NCBI GenBank assembly: GCA_963746845.1
Contig: CAVVCZ010000005.1
Location: forward strand, 384,001 to 448,000
From: an uncultured Chloroflexia bacterium
GTDB taxonomy: Bacteria; Chloroflexota; Limnocylindria; Limnocylindrales; CSP1-4
DNA: 64,000 nucleotides
Reading direction: 5' to 3'
Below are positions 55,538-64,000 of this stretch, piece after piece. The position numbers were made by a program, and so were the translations under genes. Position 1 is the first letter of the stretch. Every line of letters begins with the position of its first letter. The notes beneath the pieces were generated by a model. It ran no database searches, was not told the origin of the DNA, and saw nothing but the letters and a program-made list of their open reading frames with translations.

Positions 55538-57103
55538 TCAGAAGTCGGTCGGGACGCCGCCCTCGGCGACGCGCCGGGCGACGAACGCGTCGAGCTCCTC
55601 GCGGATCGCCGGGTCCATCGGCGGCGGCTCGTACGCGGCGAGGAGCTCCTTCCAGAGCCGGTTGGCCTTGCCGGCGGCCTCCGGCGACCCGGCCTCCTGC
55701 CACGTCTCGTAGTTCCGCCAGTCCGACAGCATCGGCCGGTGGAACGCGGTCTTGTAGCGCGACTGCGTGTGCTGGGCGCCGAAGAAGTGACCGCCTGGCC
55801 CGACCTCCTGCATCGCCTCGAACGCCAGGCTGTCCTCGTCCATCGCGATCGGATCGAGGAACGCCTCGACCATCCCGAGCAGCTCGGCGTCGAGGATCGC
55901 CTTCTCGAAGCTCGCGTGGAGGCCGCCCTCCATCCAGCCCGACCCGTGCATCAGCATGTTGACGCCGCCCATCACGGCGCCCCAGAGCGAGAACACCGAC
56001 TCGTAGGCCGCCTGCGCGTCGACCGCGTTCGCGGCGTTCACGTTCGAGGAGCGGTAGGGCACGCCGTAGCGCCGTGCGAGCTGGCCGCCGATCATCGCCG
56101 TCCGCATGTACTCGGGCGTCCCGAACGCCGGCGCGCCGGACTGCATGTCGACGTTCGAGGTGAACCCGCCGTAGATGACGGGCGCGCCTGGCCGGACGAC
56201 CTGGGTCAGGGTGATCCCCGCGAGCGCCTCGGCGTTCTGCTCGACGAGCGCGCCGGCCAGCGTCACCGGCGCCATCGCCCCGGCGAGCGTGAATGGGGTC
56301 ATCACGATCACCTGGTTGCGGGCCGAGTACTCGAGGATCCCGTGGAGCATCGGCGTGTCGAGCCGGAGCGGCGACGACGAGTTGATGACCGTGAAGATCG
56401 ACGGCTCGCGGTCCAGAGTCGCCTCGTCGACGCCGCGGACGATGCGGGCCATCTCGAGCGCATCAAGGTTCCGCTGCCGGCCGAGGCTGTAGGCGTGGAA
56501 CGGCTTGTCGGCGAGCGTGACGACGTCGTAGATCGCGTGGAGATGGCGGACCGAGGCGTGGATGTCGATCGGCTCGACGGCGTACCCCGCGAAGAAGTGG
56601 ACGGAGTTGAGCATCTGGAACAGCCGGACGAGGTTCTGGTAATCCGCGCGGTTGCCGACCCGCCGTCCGCGATCGAGGTCCGCCACGTTCGGGGCGCTGC
56701 CGACGGTGCCGAACGCCGTCCAGGTGCCGCCCATGACGAGGTCGTGGGCGGGGTTCGGGGCGTGGAGCGTGAAGGTCGACGGCGCGGTCCGGATCCGCTC
56801 CTCGACCATCGCGGGGTCGAACCGGACGCGCTGGCTGTCGGGCCGGACGTCGGCGCCGGCGGCGCGGAGCACCTCGCGCGCGCCCTCGTCGAGGAAGTCC
56901 ATCCCGATCTCGGCGAGGACCCGGAGCGACGCGTGGTGGATGGACTCGATCTCGTCGGCGGACAGGACCTCGGTCGGGGCGTACGGGATGCGGGGCTGCT
57001 TCCACTCGCGCTGTGGCGGCAGGGTGTTCCGCTCGTGGCCGGCCCGGCCGCCCCGCCTGCGGCCGATCAGCGCCTGCCCGGCGGGGGTGTCGGCATCCGT
57101 CAT
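55538..57103 (-). CDS. MttB-superfamily (non-pyrrolysine) methyltransferase, MtgB-like
   Basis: IHHASLRVLAEIG, INSSSPL, GAMAPVTLAGALV.QNAE.LAG, DMQSGAPAFGTPE, HGSGWMEGG, EVGPGGHF; no in-frame TAG. Confidence 0.93.
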   Translation of the reverse strand: MTDADTPAGQALIGRRRGGRAGHERNTLPPQREWKQPRIPYAPTEVLSADEIESIHHASLRVLAEIGMDFLDEGAREVLRAAGADVRPDSQRVRFDPAMVEERIRTAPSTFTLHAPNPAHDLVMGGTWTAFGTVGSAPNVADLDRGRRVGNRADYQNLVRLFQMLNSVHFFAGYAVEPIDIHASVRHLHAIYDVVTLADKPFHAYSLGRQRNLDALEMARIVRGVDEATLDREPSIFTVINSSSPLRLDTPMLHGILEYSARNQVIVMTPFTLAGAMAPVTLAGALVEQNAEALAGITLTQVVRPGAPVIYGGFTSNVDMQSGAPAFGTPEYMRTAMIGGQLARRYGVPYRSSNVNAANAVDAQAAYESVFSLWGAVMGGVNMLMHGSGWMEGGLHASFEKAILDAELLGMVEAFLDPIAMDEDSLAFEAMQEVGPGGHFFGAQHTQSRYKTAFHRPMLSDWRNYETWQEAGSPEAAGKANRLWKELLAAYEPPPMDPAIREELDAFVARRVAEGGVPTDF

Positions 57104-57115
57104 GTGCGGCGCATC

Positions 57116-58825
57116 CTACTCGTCCTCGCCACCGAGGCCGCGGACGTAGCGGATGAGCCCGACGATCAGCAGGACGAGGATCACGAGCAGCCCGATCTGG
57201 ACCCAGGTGTACGGCATCTCCTTCGGGAGCGCGCCGCGAACCTCACCCGGAAACGCGAGGACGACATACAGCACCGCCCCGACGACGAGGACGGAGGCGC
57301 CCAGCGAGATCAGCCGGCGTCGGGCCGAACGGACCCGGCGACGGAAGCCGAACAGCGAGGTCGTGGCCTCCGTGATGACTGGCTGCTGGGCCTCGAGGAA
57401 CTCCATGAACTCGAGCGCGCGCTGGATGCGCCCGGTCGTCGCGTAGAGACGATCGAGCGTCCTGCGCGGGTCGAGGAGCGCGATCCCCTGCTGGCGGCCG
57501 AGGCGGCGGATGAACCGTCGAACCGTGGCCTGCAGGTCGTACTCGACAGCCAGCTGAAACCGGAGGGTCCCGAGCGTCACGAGCATCTTGAGATACCCGA
57601 CGATGCTGGACGACATCGTGAGCTGGTGCTCCCGGATCGTCTCGAGGATGTCCACCGCGAGCTTCGAGTACGGGTTCTCGGTCGGACGCCGCATGGGCCC
57701 GGGCGCCGAGGGTGTCGCGCGCGCACGATCGGCCACCGTCTCGTACAGGAACGCCTGGTGAATGCGGATGAGCTGTCGGCGAGCGGTGTCCGTGTCGGTC
57801 GCGGGACCCGGTGCCAGCCACCGCATCAGCTCGCGGACCGCACCCTCGACCTCGCCCCGGAAGAGCAGCCAGCTGTATCGCGTCAGGGAGCTCCGAACCG
57901 CGTCCGACAGCTCACCGACGATCCCGAAGTCGACGTAGCCGATCGCGTCGTCCTCAAGCACGAACAGGTTCGCGGGATGCAGATCGGCGTGGAAGTAGCC
58001 GAACACGTAGACCTGGTTGAGCATGTTCCAGTCGAGGTGACGGACGATCCGGTCCAGGTCATGGCCACGAGCCGCGAGGTCGTCGAGGAACGCCTGATTG
58101 CCCTCGCGCTTGGCGATCATGATCTCGATCAGCGGCATCCCCTCGATGAGCTCGGTGGTCAGCACCCGCGAGGTCGTGTAGTCGCGATGGACCCGGGCGA
58201 TCCGCTCGATCCCGTCGCCGCGGGCATTCTGGTAGAGCAGCACCGCCTGCCGCGCCTCGACCAGGTAGTCGAGCTCGTCCGCCGTCCATCGGGCGAACTC
58301 GTCGATGACCGCGCGACTCCGGGTCGCGCCGAAGACACGAGTCCAGTCGAGCAGCCAGCTCATCGAGTACATCAGGGCGATGTCGGCCGCGAGCGTCTCG
58401 CGGATGCCCGGCCGCTGGACCTTGACGGCCACCGGTTCGCCGCTGTGCAGGACCGCGCGATGCACCTGGCCGATCGAGGCCGCGGCGAACGATGTCGGGG
58501 CGAACGAGCGAAAGACGGTCTCCGGTTCGGCGCCGAGCTCGCGTCGGATGATCGCGGACACTTCGACGTACGGGAACGGCGCGACCTGGTTCAGGAGCTT
58601 GAAGAGCTCATCGCAGTACTCCGCCGGCAGGAGGTCGAAGCGGAGCGCGAGCATCTGCCCCAACTTGATCCAGGCGCCACCCAGCTGCTCGAACGCCAGG
58701 CGCAGCCGGATCGGTCGGGTGTGGGGATCGGCCCCGGGAAGATGGAGCGCCGGAGCGACGAAGAACCGGAAGAACGTCGCGAAGACGTGCCAGACCCGGC
58801 GCGGGTGCCTGAGCAGTGTCCTCAC
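57116..58825 (-). CDS. ABC1/UbiB (AarF) atypical kinase with C-terminal TMs
   Basis: IKLGQML, AAASIGQVH, VAVKVQRPG, ELDY..EA, FHADLHPAN, DFG. Confidence 0.93.
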   Translation of the reverse strand: MRTLLRHPRRVWHVFATFFRFFVAPALHLPGADPHTRPIRLRLAFEQLGGAWIKLGQMLALRFDLLPAEYCDELFKLLNQVAPFPYVEVSAIIRRELGAEPETVFRSFAPTSFAAASIGQVHRAVLHSGEPVAVKVQRPGIRETLAADIALMYSMSWLLDWTRVFGATRSRAVIDEFARWTADELDYLVEARQAVLLYQNARGDGIERIARVHRDYTTSRVLTTELIEGMPLIEIMIAKREGNQAFLDDLAARGHDLDRIVRHLDWNMLNQVYVFGYFHADLHPANLFVLEDDAIGYVDFGIVGELSDAVRSSLTRYSWLLFRGEVEGAVRELMRWLAPGPATDTDTARRQLIRIHQAFLYETVADRARATPSAPGPMRRPTENPYSKLAVDILETIREHQLTMSSSIVGYLKMLVTLGTLRFQLAVEYDLQATVRRFIRRLGRQQGIALLDPRRTLDRLYATTGRIQRALEFMEFLEAQQPVITEATTSLFGFRRRVRSARRRLISLGASVLVVGAVLYVVLAFPGEVRGALPKEMPYTWVQIGLLVILVLLIVGLIRYVRGLGGEDE

Positions 58826-58931
58826 GTCGAGTCGCCCCGATCAGCTGTGTCGGGGCATCGCCCCACGGGGCGCTTCCCGATCTCGCGAAGGCTGGGGCGT
58901 TATCGGTCGCCCATCCGGCGGTCCGGGAGCG

Positions 58932-59351
58932 TCACGAGCTCTCGTCCTTCATCGACACGCGCCGCCGCCGAGGCGGAAGGGTCGTCTCCTCCTCCCACTC
59001 GCGACCGGCCCGCACGAGATCGGCGAACGTCCGGCGCGAATACCGCAGGAGGAGCGCGATCGCTCCTTCCGCGGCGAGCTGGGTCTCGCGACCGAAATGG
59101 ACGCCGAGCCGGAGCGATTCGGCCAGGCGGGCCTCGCCGTCCTCGAATGTCTCGGCGAGACGACGCTGGCGCAGCTGCCTCGCATACAGCTCGCGCTCCT
59201 CATCGTTCGGGCCCTTGACCCAGGCCTCGCGACGCTGGCGCTCGCGGGCCGCCCAGTCGTCGATCTCCGCCTCGGTCGGCTCGATGTAGACGGGCTCCTC
59301 CGCAGCGACCTCGGCCACGGAATCGGGCCCCTTGCCGGTCGGATTGCTCAT
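58932..59351 (-). CDS. Hypothetical charged helical protein (139 aa)
   Basis: Open frame upstream of the ABC1 kinase; WAARERQRREAWVKGP motif; GGGGG SD-like and TACACT -10 upstream. Confidence 0.75.
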   Translation of the reverse strand: MSNPTGKGPDSVAEVAAEEPVYIEPTEAEIDDWAARERQRREAWVKGPNDEERELYARQLRQRRLAETFEDGEARLAESLRLGVHFGRETQLAAEGAIALLLRYSRRTFADLVRAGREWEEETTLPPRRRRVSMKDESS

Positions 59352-59439
59352 GCTCAGCCGCCCCCTGGTCCTCGTCCATCGTCGGGATCCCCGAACCTCG
59401 AGTGTACGCCTCCCGAGATCCGCTCCGGACCGATGTGCG

Positions 59440-60957
59440 TCAGTCGGCGGACAGGTCGAACCAGGTCGTCTTCAGCTGCGTGTAGCCGTCCAGCGCGGCG
59501 AGGCCCTTGTCCCGGCCGAACCCCGACTGCTTGAAGCCACCGAACGGGACAGTGATGTCGGCGCTGTCGAACGTGTTGACCCAGACAACCCCGGCCCGGA
59601 TCGCCCGCGACAGGCGATGGGCGCGGTTGACGTCGCGGGTCCAGAGCCCGGCGGCCAGCCCGTACGGCGTGTCGTTCGCGATCGCCAGCGCGTCGGCCTC
59701 GTCCTCGAACTCGGTGACCGTCAGGACGGGCCCGAAGATCTCCTCGCGGGCCACGCGCCAGCCGTTGTCGACCCCGTCGAGGATCGTCGGCGGCACGTAG
59801 AACCCCCCGGTCTCCGCGCGGACGCGCTCGCCGCCGGCGACCAGCCGGGCGCCCTCCTCCTGCCCGAGCCGGACATACCCGAGCACCCGGTCCAGCTGGC
59901 GCTCGTCCACCAGCGAGCCGAGCAGCGTCGACGGGTCCAGCGGCTCGGCCGGCGTCAGCTTCCGCCCCAGCTCCGCGATCCGCTCGACCAGCTCCTCGCG
60001 GACGGATCGGTGGACGATCAGTCGCGAGCCGGCGTTGCAGGTCTGGCCCGCGTTGTAGAAGATCCCCCACCCGATCGTCGAGGCAGCCGCGGCGACGTCG
60101 CCGACGTCCGCGAGCACGATCTGCGGGCTCTTCCCGCCGAGCTCGAGGGAGACCGCCTTCACGTCCGTCTCGCCGATGGCGCGCAGGAGGGACTTCCCGA
60201 CCTCGGTCGACCCGGTGAACGCGACCTTGTCGACGCCGGGATGACGGGCGAGGGCGCCGCCCACCACGGCCCCGGGTCCCGGCACGACGTTCAGGACGCC
60301 GTCCGGGAGCCCCGACTCGGCCGCCAGCTCCGCGAGACGCAGCGCCGTCAGGGGCGACTGCGACGCGGGCTTCAGCACGACCGAGTTCCCGGTCGCGAGC
60401 GCCGCGCCGATCTTCCAGGCCGTGATGATCAGCGGATAGTTCCAGGGAACGATCGCCGCCACCACCCCGATCGGCTCGCGGGTCACGAGCGACAATGCGC
60501 CCGGCCCGGTCGGCCCGATCTCGCCGTAGACCTTGTCGATCGTCTCGGCATACCACTGGATCGTCTTCGCGGCGCTCGGGACGTCGACGGCGAGCGTGTC
60601 CCGGATCGGCTTGCCGACATCGAGCGACTCGAGGAGCGCCAGCTCGTCGCGGGCGGTGCGGATCCGCTCGGCGAAGGCGAGCAGCACGCGCTTGCGGTCG
60701 GCGGGCGACCGGTCGGCCCAGCGTCGGTCGTCGAACGATCGGCGGGCGGCGTCCACGGCCCGCGAGACGTCCTCGGCGTCCCCTTCGGCGACCTGCGCGA
60801 TCGTGGAGCCGTCGCGGCCGGCGATGTCGGTGGACGTTCGGCCGGACGCAGCCGGCACGAACCGGCCGTCGATGAAGGCCTCGGTCCGCGGCTCGATGGC
60901 GGCCGCACGTCCCAGCCAGTCGTCGAGGGTCGCGCGCGGCTCGCGCGTCGCCGTCAC
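59440..60957 (-). CDS. NAD(P)-dependent aldehyde dehydrogenase (PuuC/BetB-like)
   Basis: PWNYP, FTGSTEVG, LELGGKSP, NAGQTC, EEIFGPV, PFGGFKQSG; GTGA-coupled start. Confidence 0.95.
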   Translation of the reverse strand: MTATREPRATLDDWLGRAAAIEPRTEAFIDGRFVPAASGRTSTDIAGRDGSTIAQVAEGDAEDVSRAVDAARRSFDDRRWADRSPADRKRVLLAFAERIRTARDELALLESLDVGKPIRDTLAVDVPSAAKTIQWYAETIDKVYGEIGPTGPGALSLVTREPIGVVAAIVPWNYPLIITAWKIGAALATGNSVVLKPASQSPLTALRLAELAAESGLPDGVLNVVPGPGAVVGGALARHPGVDKVAFTGSTEVGKSLLRAIGETDVKAVSLELGGKSPQIVLADVGDVAAAASTIGWGIFYNAGQTCNAGSRLIVHRSVREELVERIAELGRKLTPAEPLDPSTLLGSLVDERQLDRVLGYVRLGQEEGARLVAGGERVRAETGGFYVPPTILDGVDNGWRVAREEIFGPVLTVTEFEDEADALAIANDTPYGLAAGLWTRDVNRAHRLSRAIRAGVVWVNTFDSADITVPFGGFKQSGFGRDKGLAALDGYTQLKTTWFDLSAD

Positions 60958-62063
60958 GCCGCGTACCGCCGGATCGCAACGTCGTCCAGGACGATCCCGA
61001 GGCCGGGCCGATCCGGGACGCGAAGCACCCCGTCGGGCCCGGGCCGCACGGGCTCGGCGAGGACCGCGTCCCGTCGATCCGGCGTCCAGCCGGGTGGGTC
61101 GTAGGGAAACTCCAGCCATGGCCCGCCGCCGACGCCGGCGGCCACCTGCAGGTTCGCCAGCAGACCGATCCCGTTCGTCCATGTGTGTGGCGTGAACCAG
61201 CGATTGCGGGCGAGGGCGACCTCGGCGATCGTCCGCGTCCGGAGCATGCCGGCGGCGAGGACGACGTCCGGCTGGTAGACATCGAACGCGTCGGCGTCGA
61301 GGGCCGCGAGGCCCTCCGCGAACGTCCGGGTCATCTCGCCGCCGGCGATCCGGATGCCGAGGTTGGCCGCGCGCAGCGATGCGAGGCCGCGGAGGTCCGT
61401 CCCGGCCAGCGGCTCCTCGAGCCACACGACGTCGAGCTCGGCAAGCTGGGCGGCGATCCGCCGGGCCGCGTCGACGTCGATCGACGGTGACACGTCGCCG
61501 GCCATCCGCCAGCCCTGGTTGAGGTCGACCATGATCGCCATCGTGTCCTCGATCGCGTGACGCGTCGCGGTGACGGCCGCCAGGCCCTCGTCCAGCCGGC
61601 GTGGATCGACCCGGATCTTGAGGGCCGTGAAGCCCTCCTCGCGGAAGCGCACGGCCGACTCCGCACGGGCCGCCGGCGACAGGTGCATGCCACACGAGGC
61701 ATACGCCGGGATGCCGTCGAGCGCGCCGCCGAACAGGGTCGCGACGGGCAGCCCCGCGACCTGCCCGGCGATGTCCCAGAGGGCAACTTCCAGCGGCCAG
61801 TAGCGACCGGCGTGGAAGTCGATCGTCTCGAGGGCGCGGACGTGGCGGGCGATCGCCAGCGGGTCCCCCCCGATGAACAGGTGCTCGAATGCCTCGAACC
61901 CGTCCATCGTGTCGCCGGACCCGACCCCCACGACCCCCTCGTCCGTCTCCACGCGGACGAGCGTGACCGGGAACCGCGTCCGCGGCACGGGGTCCCAGGC
62001 CGCCGGAAACGGCGGATCGAGCGGGACGACGAGCCGGTCGAGACGGATTCCCGTGATGCGCAT
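60954..62063 (-). CDS. Mandelate racemase/muconate lactonizing (enolase superfamily) enzyme
   Basis: ALWDIAG, KIR, VDLNQ, WLEEP, GGE, QPD, PH, PGLGI. Confidence 0.9.
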   Translation of the reverse strand: MRITGIRLDRLVVPLDPPFPAAWDPVPRTRFPVTLVRVETDEGVVGVGSGDTMDGFEAFEHLFIGGDPLAIARHVRALETIDFHAGRYWPLEVALWDIAGQVAGLPVATLFGGALDGIPAYASCGMHLSPAARAESAVRFREEGFTALKIRVDPRRLDEGLAAVTATRHAIEDTMAIMVDLNQGWRMAGDVSPSIDVDAARRIAAQLAELDVVWLEEPLAGTDLRGLASLRAANLGIRIAGGEMTRTFAEGLAALDADAFDVYQPDVVLAAGMLRTRTIAEVALARNRWFTPHTWTNGIGLLANLQVAAGVGGGPWLEFPYDPPGWTPDRRDAVLAEPVRPGPDGVLRVPDRPGLGIVLDDVAIRRYAA

Positions 62064-62160
62064 GTGCGGCCAGTATCGCCGACCCCGGACGGGATGCGGT
62101 ACTGTCGGCTCTCCATCGTTCACCGGCAGGTGCCAGCCCCGGAGGAGCGTCGCTGGTCCG

Positions 62161-63429
62161 ATGACCACCACCCAGCACCAGGCCGCGGTCGTCGAGTTCG
62201 ACCACGTCACGAAGCACTACGACGCTCCGACCGGCAAGGGTCCGAAGCGGCCGACCCCCGGCGCGGTCAACGACCTGTCGCTGCACGTCCCGGCCGGCAA
62301 GATCTGCATCCTCGTCGGGCCGTCCGGGTGCGGCAAGACCACCTCCCTGAAGATGGTCAACCGCCTGATCGAGCCGACCTCGGGGAAGATCCTCATCGAC
62401 GGGTTCGACGCGGGGACGCGCGAGCTGACCGACCTTCGCCGGAGCATCGGCTACGTGATCCAGCAGGTCGGCCTGTTCCCGCACCAGACGATCGGCGAGA
62501 ACGTCGCGACCGTGCCCCGCCTGATCGGCTGGCCGAAGGCGCGCCAGCGGGAACGATCCGAGGAGCTGCTCGGCCTGGTCGGGCTGGACCCGGCGAAGTA
62601 CCGGGATCGGTTCCCGAGCCAGCTGTCCGGGGGCGAGCGACAGCGCGTCGGCGTGGCCCGGGCGCTGGCGGCGGACCCGCCGATCATGCTCATGGACGAG
62701 CCCTTCGGCGCGGTCGACCCGATCGTCCGAGACCGGCTCCAGAACGAGTTCCTGCGGCTCCAGGAGACGATCGCCAAGACGATCCTGTTCGTGACCCACG
62801 ACATCGACGAGGCGATCAAGATGGGCGACCTCGTCGCCGTCTTCCAGACCGGTGGGATCCTCGCCCAGTTCGGGACGCCGCTCGAGATCCTGTCGAGCCC
62901 GGCGTCGGAGTTCGTGGCGCGGTTCGTCGGGCAGGACCGGGGCCTCAAGCGTCTATCCCTGCTGCGAGTCTCGGACGTCGATCTGCGCGCACCGTCGATC
63001 GTCCGGGTCGGTGACTCGGCGGCCGACGCTCGACGGGTCGCGGCGGCCGACCCGCAGCGCTATGTCCTCGTCGTCGACGACGCCGGACGCCCGATCGGCT
63101 GGATCGCCCACGACGAGCTGCCGACGGAGGGCACGCTCACCGCCGAGATGCCGAACCCGGTGTCGCCGACGGTGAACCGCCGGACCACGCTCAAGGACGC
63201 GCTGTCGATGATGCTCGACGCTGATGTCCAGACCGGGATCGTCGTCGACCGGACCGGAGCGGTCCAGGGCCTCCTCACCCTCGGCGCGGTCGCCGAGAAG
63301 ATGCGGGAGGGCGAGCACACGCCGTCGTACGACGATCTTGACACCATCGCGGCGGCCGGCCACGAGCCTGCGCCGGGCGACGCCGATCTCGCCACCGCGG
63401 CGTCCGGGACATCGACCCCGGCGAGCTGA
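62161..63429 (+). CDS. Osmoprotectant (betaine/choline, OpuBA/OpuCA-like) ABC ATPase with CBS domains
   Basis: GPSGCGKTTSLKMVNRLIEPTSG, IGYVIQQVGLFPH, LMDEPFGAVDPI, C-terminal CBS pair; GGAGG RBS. Confidence 0.93.
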   Translation: MTTTQHQAAVVEFDHVTKHYDAPTGKGPKRPTPGAVNDLSLHVPAGKICILVGPSGCGKTTSLKMVNRLIEPTSGKILIDGFDAGTRELTDLRRSIGYVIQQVGLFPHQTIGENVATVPRLIGWPKARQRERSEELLGLVGLDPAKYRDRFPSQLSGGERQRVGVARALAADPPIMLMDEPFGAVDPIVRDRLQNEFLRLQETIAKTILFVTHDIDEAIKMGDLVAVFQTGGILAQFGTPLEILSSPASEFVARFVGQDRGLKRLSLLRVSDVDLRAPSIVRVGDSAADARRVAAADPQRYVLVVDDAGRPIGWIAHDELPTEGTLTAEMPNPVSPTVNRRTTLKDALSMMLDADVQTGIVVDRTGAVQGLLTLGAVAEKMREGEHTPSYDDLDTIAAAGHEPAPGDADLATAASGTSTPAS

Positions 63430-63432
63430 GCG

Positions 63433-64000
63433 ATGGACATCTCGATCGACTGGAACTGGGTGTTCAGCCACTTCGGCGCGATGTGGACCCGCTTCACCCA
63501 GCACCTCCAGCTGGTCGTCATCAGCGTCGTCGCGGGGTTCATCATCGCCCTCGCGCTCGCGGTCTGGTCGTATCGGAGGCCGACGGTCTACGGCCCGATC
63601 ACCGCGTTGACCGGCCTCCTCTACACGATCCCGAGCCTCGCGGCGTTCGCCCTGCTCCGGCCGATCACGGGCCTGACCTTGCTGACCGCCCTGATTCCCC
63701 TGACCACGTACACGCTGCTGATCCTTGTGCGCTCCAACGTCGCCGGGTTCCACTCGGTCCCCGCCGAGGTTCTCGAGGCGGCGGAGGGCATGGGCTACAC
63801 GCGCAGACAGCGGCTCCTGCGCGTGGAGCTGCCGCTCGCGGTCCCGTTGATCATGGCCGGGATCCGGCTCGCGACCGTGACCACCATCGGCCTCGCCACC
63901 GTCGCCTCGATCCTGGGCGAGACGTTCGGCGGGTTCGGCTTCTTCATCACCGAGGGCCTGAACCAGTTCTTCCTGACGGAGGTCTACGTCGGCGCGGTGC
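63433..64000 (+). CDS. Osmoprotectant ABC permease, 3'-truncated by window edge
   Basis: MDISIDWNW...LYTIPSLA...EAAEGMGY...VELPLAVPLIMAGIR. Confidence 0.92.
   Translation, partial: MDISIDWNWVFSHFGAMWTRFTQHLQLVVISVVAGFIIALALAVWSYRRPTVYGPITALTGLLYTIPSLAAFALLRPITGLTLLTALIPLTTYTLLILVRSNVAGFHSVPAEVLEAAEGMGYTRRQRLLRVELPLAVPLIMAGIRLATVTTIGLATVASILGETFGGFGFFITEGLNQFFLTEVYVGAV

Noticed and set aside
55538-57103. Pyrrolysine recoding in MttB
   Set aside because: The frame is open with no internal TAG, and no pyl genes are present.
1-64000. Many long overlapping or antisense ORFs (e.g. 3444-6302 -, 29199-32243 +, 51494-54691 +, 55394-59218 +)
   Set aside because: Arg/Gly/Pro-rich shadow frames caused by the scarcity of stop codons at high GC; each overlaps a gene with clear family motifs.

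Overview
This is a very GC-rich (roughly 70%+ by eye) bacterial chromosomal window with no integrase, transposase, phage genes or CRISPR array. Gene content and many leaderless starts tentatively suggest an uncultured Chloroflexota- or Actinomycetota-like organism (inference). In order it holds: the end of a sugar ABC operon, tRNA-Arg(UCG), dps, acetolactate synthase, a four-gene FtsX/MacB-type ABC exporter, an F420/NADP reductase with an XRE-cupin regulator, pntAB, dhaKL, an RCK channel and MgtC, two tRNA trans-editing factors, a cupredoxin, a large AAA-LuxR regulator, tRNA with a UAU anticodon, a C-S lyase/rhodanese pair, DNA ligase, a MerR gene, and a ~17 kb methylated-amine (choline/betaine) catabolic region. 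The most notable observations are: (1) two tRNAs with anticodons most bacteria avoid (UAU and UCG), hinting at decoding independent of TilS/TadA; (2) a MerR gene with a textbook 19-bp-spacer self-promoter and an internal SD+ATG, i.e. a TipAL/TipAS-like two-product system with an unrecognised sensor domain; (3) a non-pyrrolysine MttB linked to DMG dehydrogenase and an atypical Fe-S sarcosine oxidase with no corrinoid partner in view; (4) back-to-back leaderless promoters in 18-26 bp gaps; (5) several proteins with altered catalytic motifs. All calls are from reading the sequence and motifs only; no searches were run.
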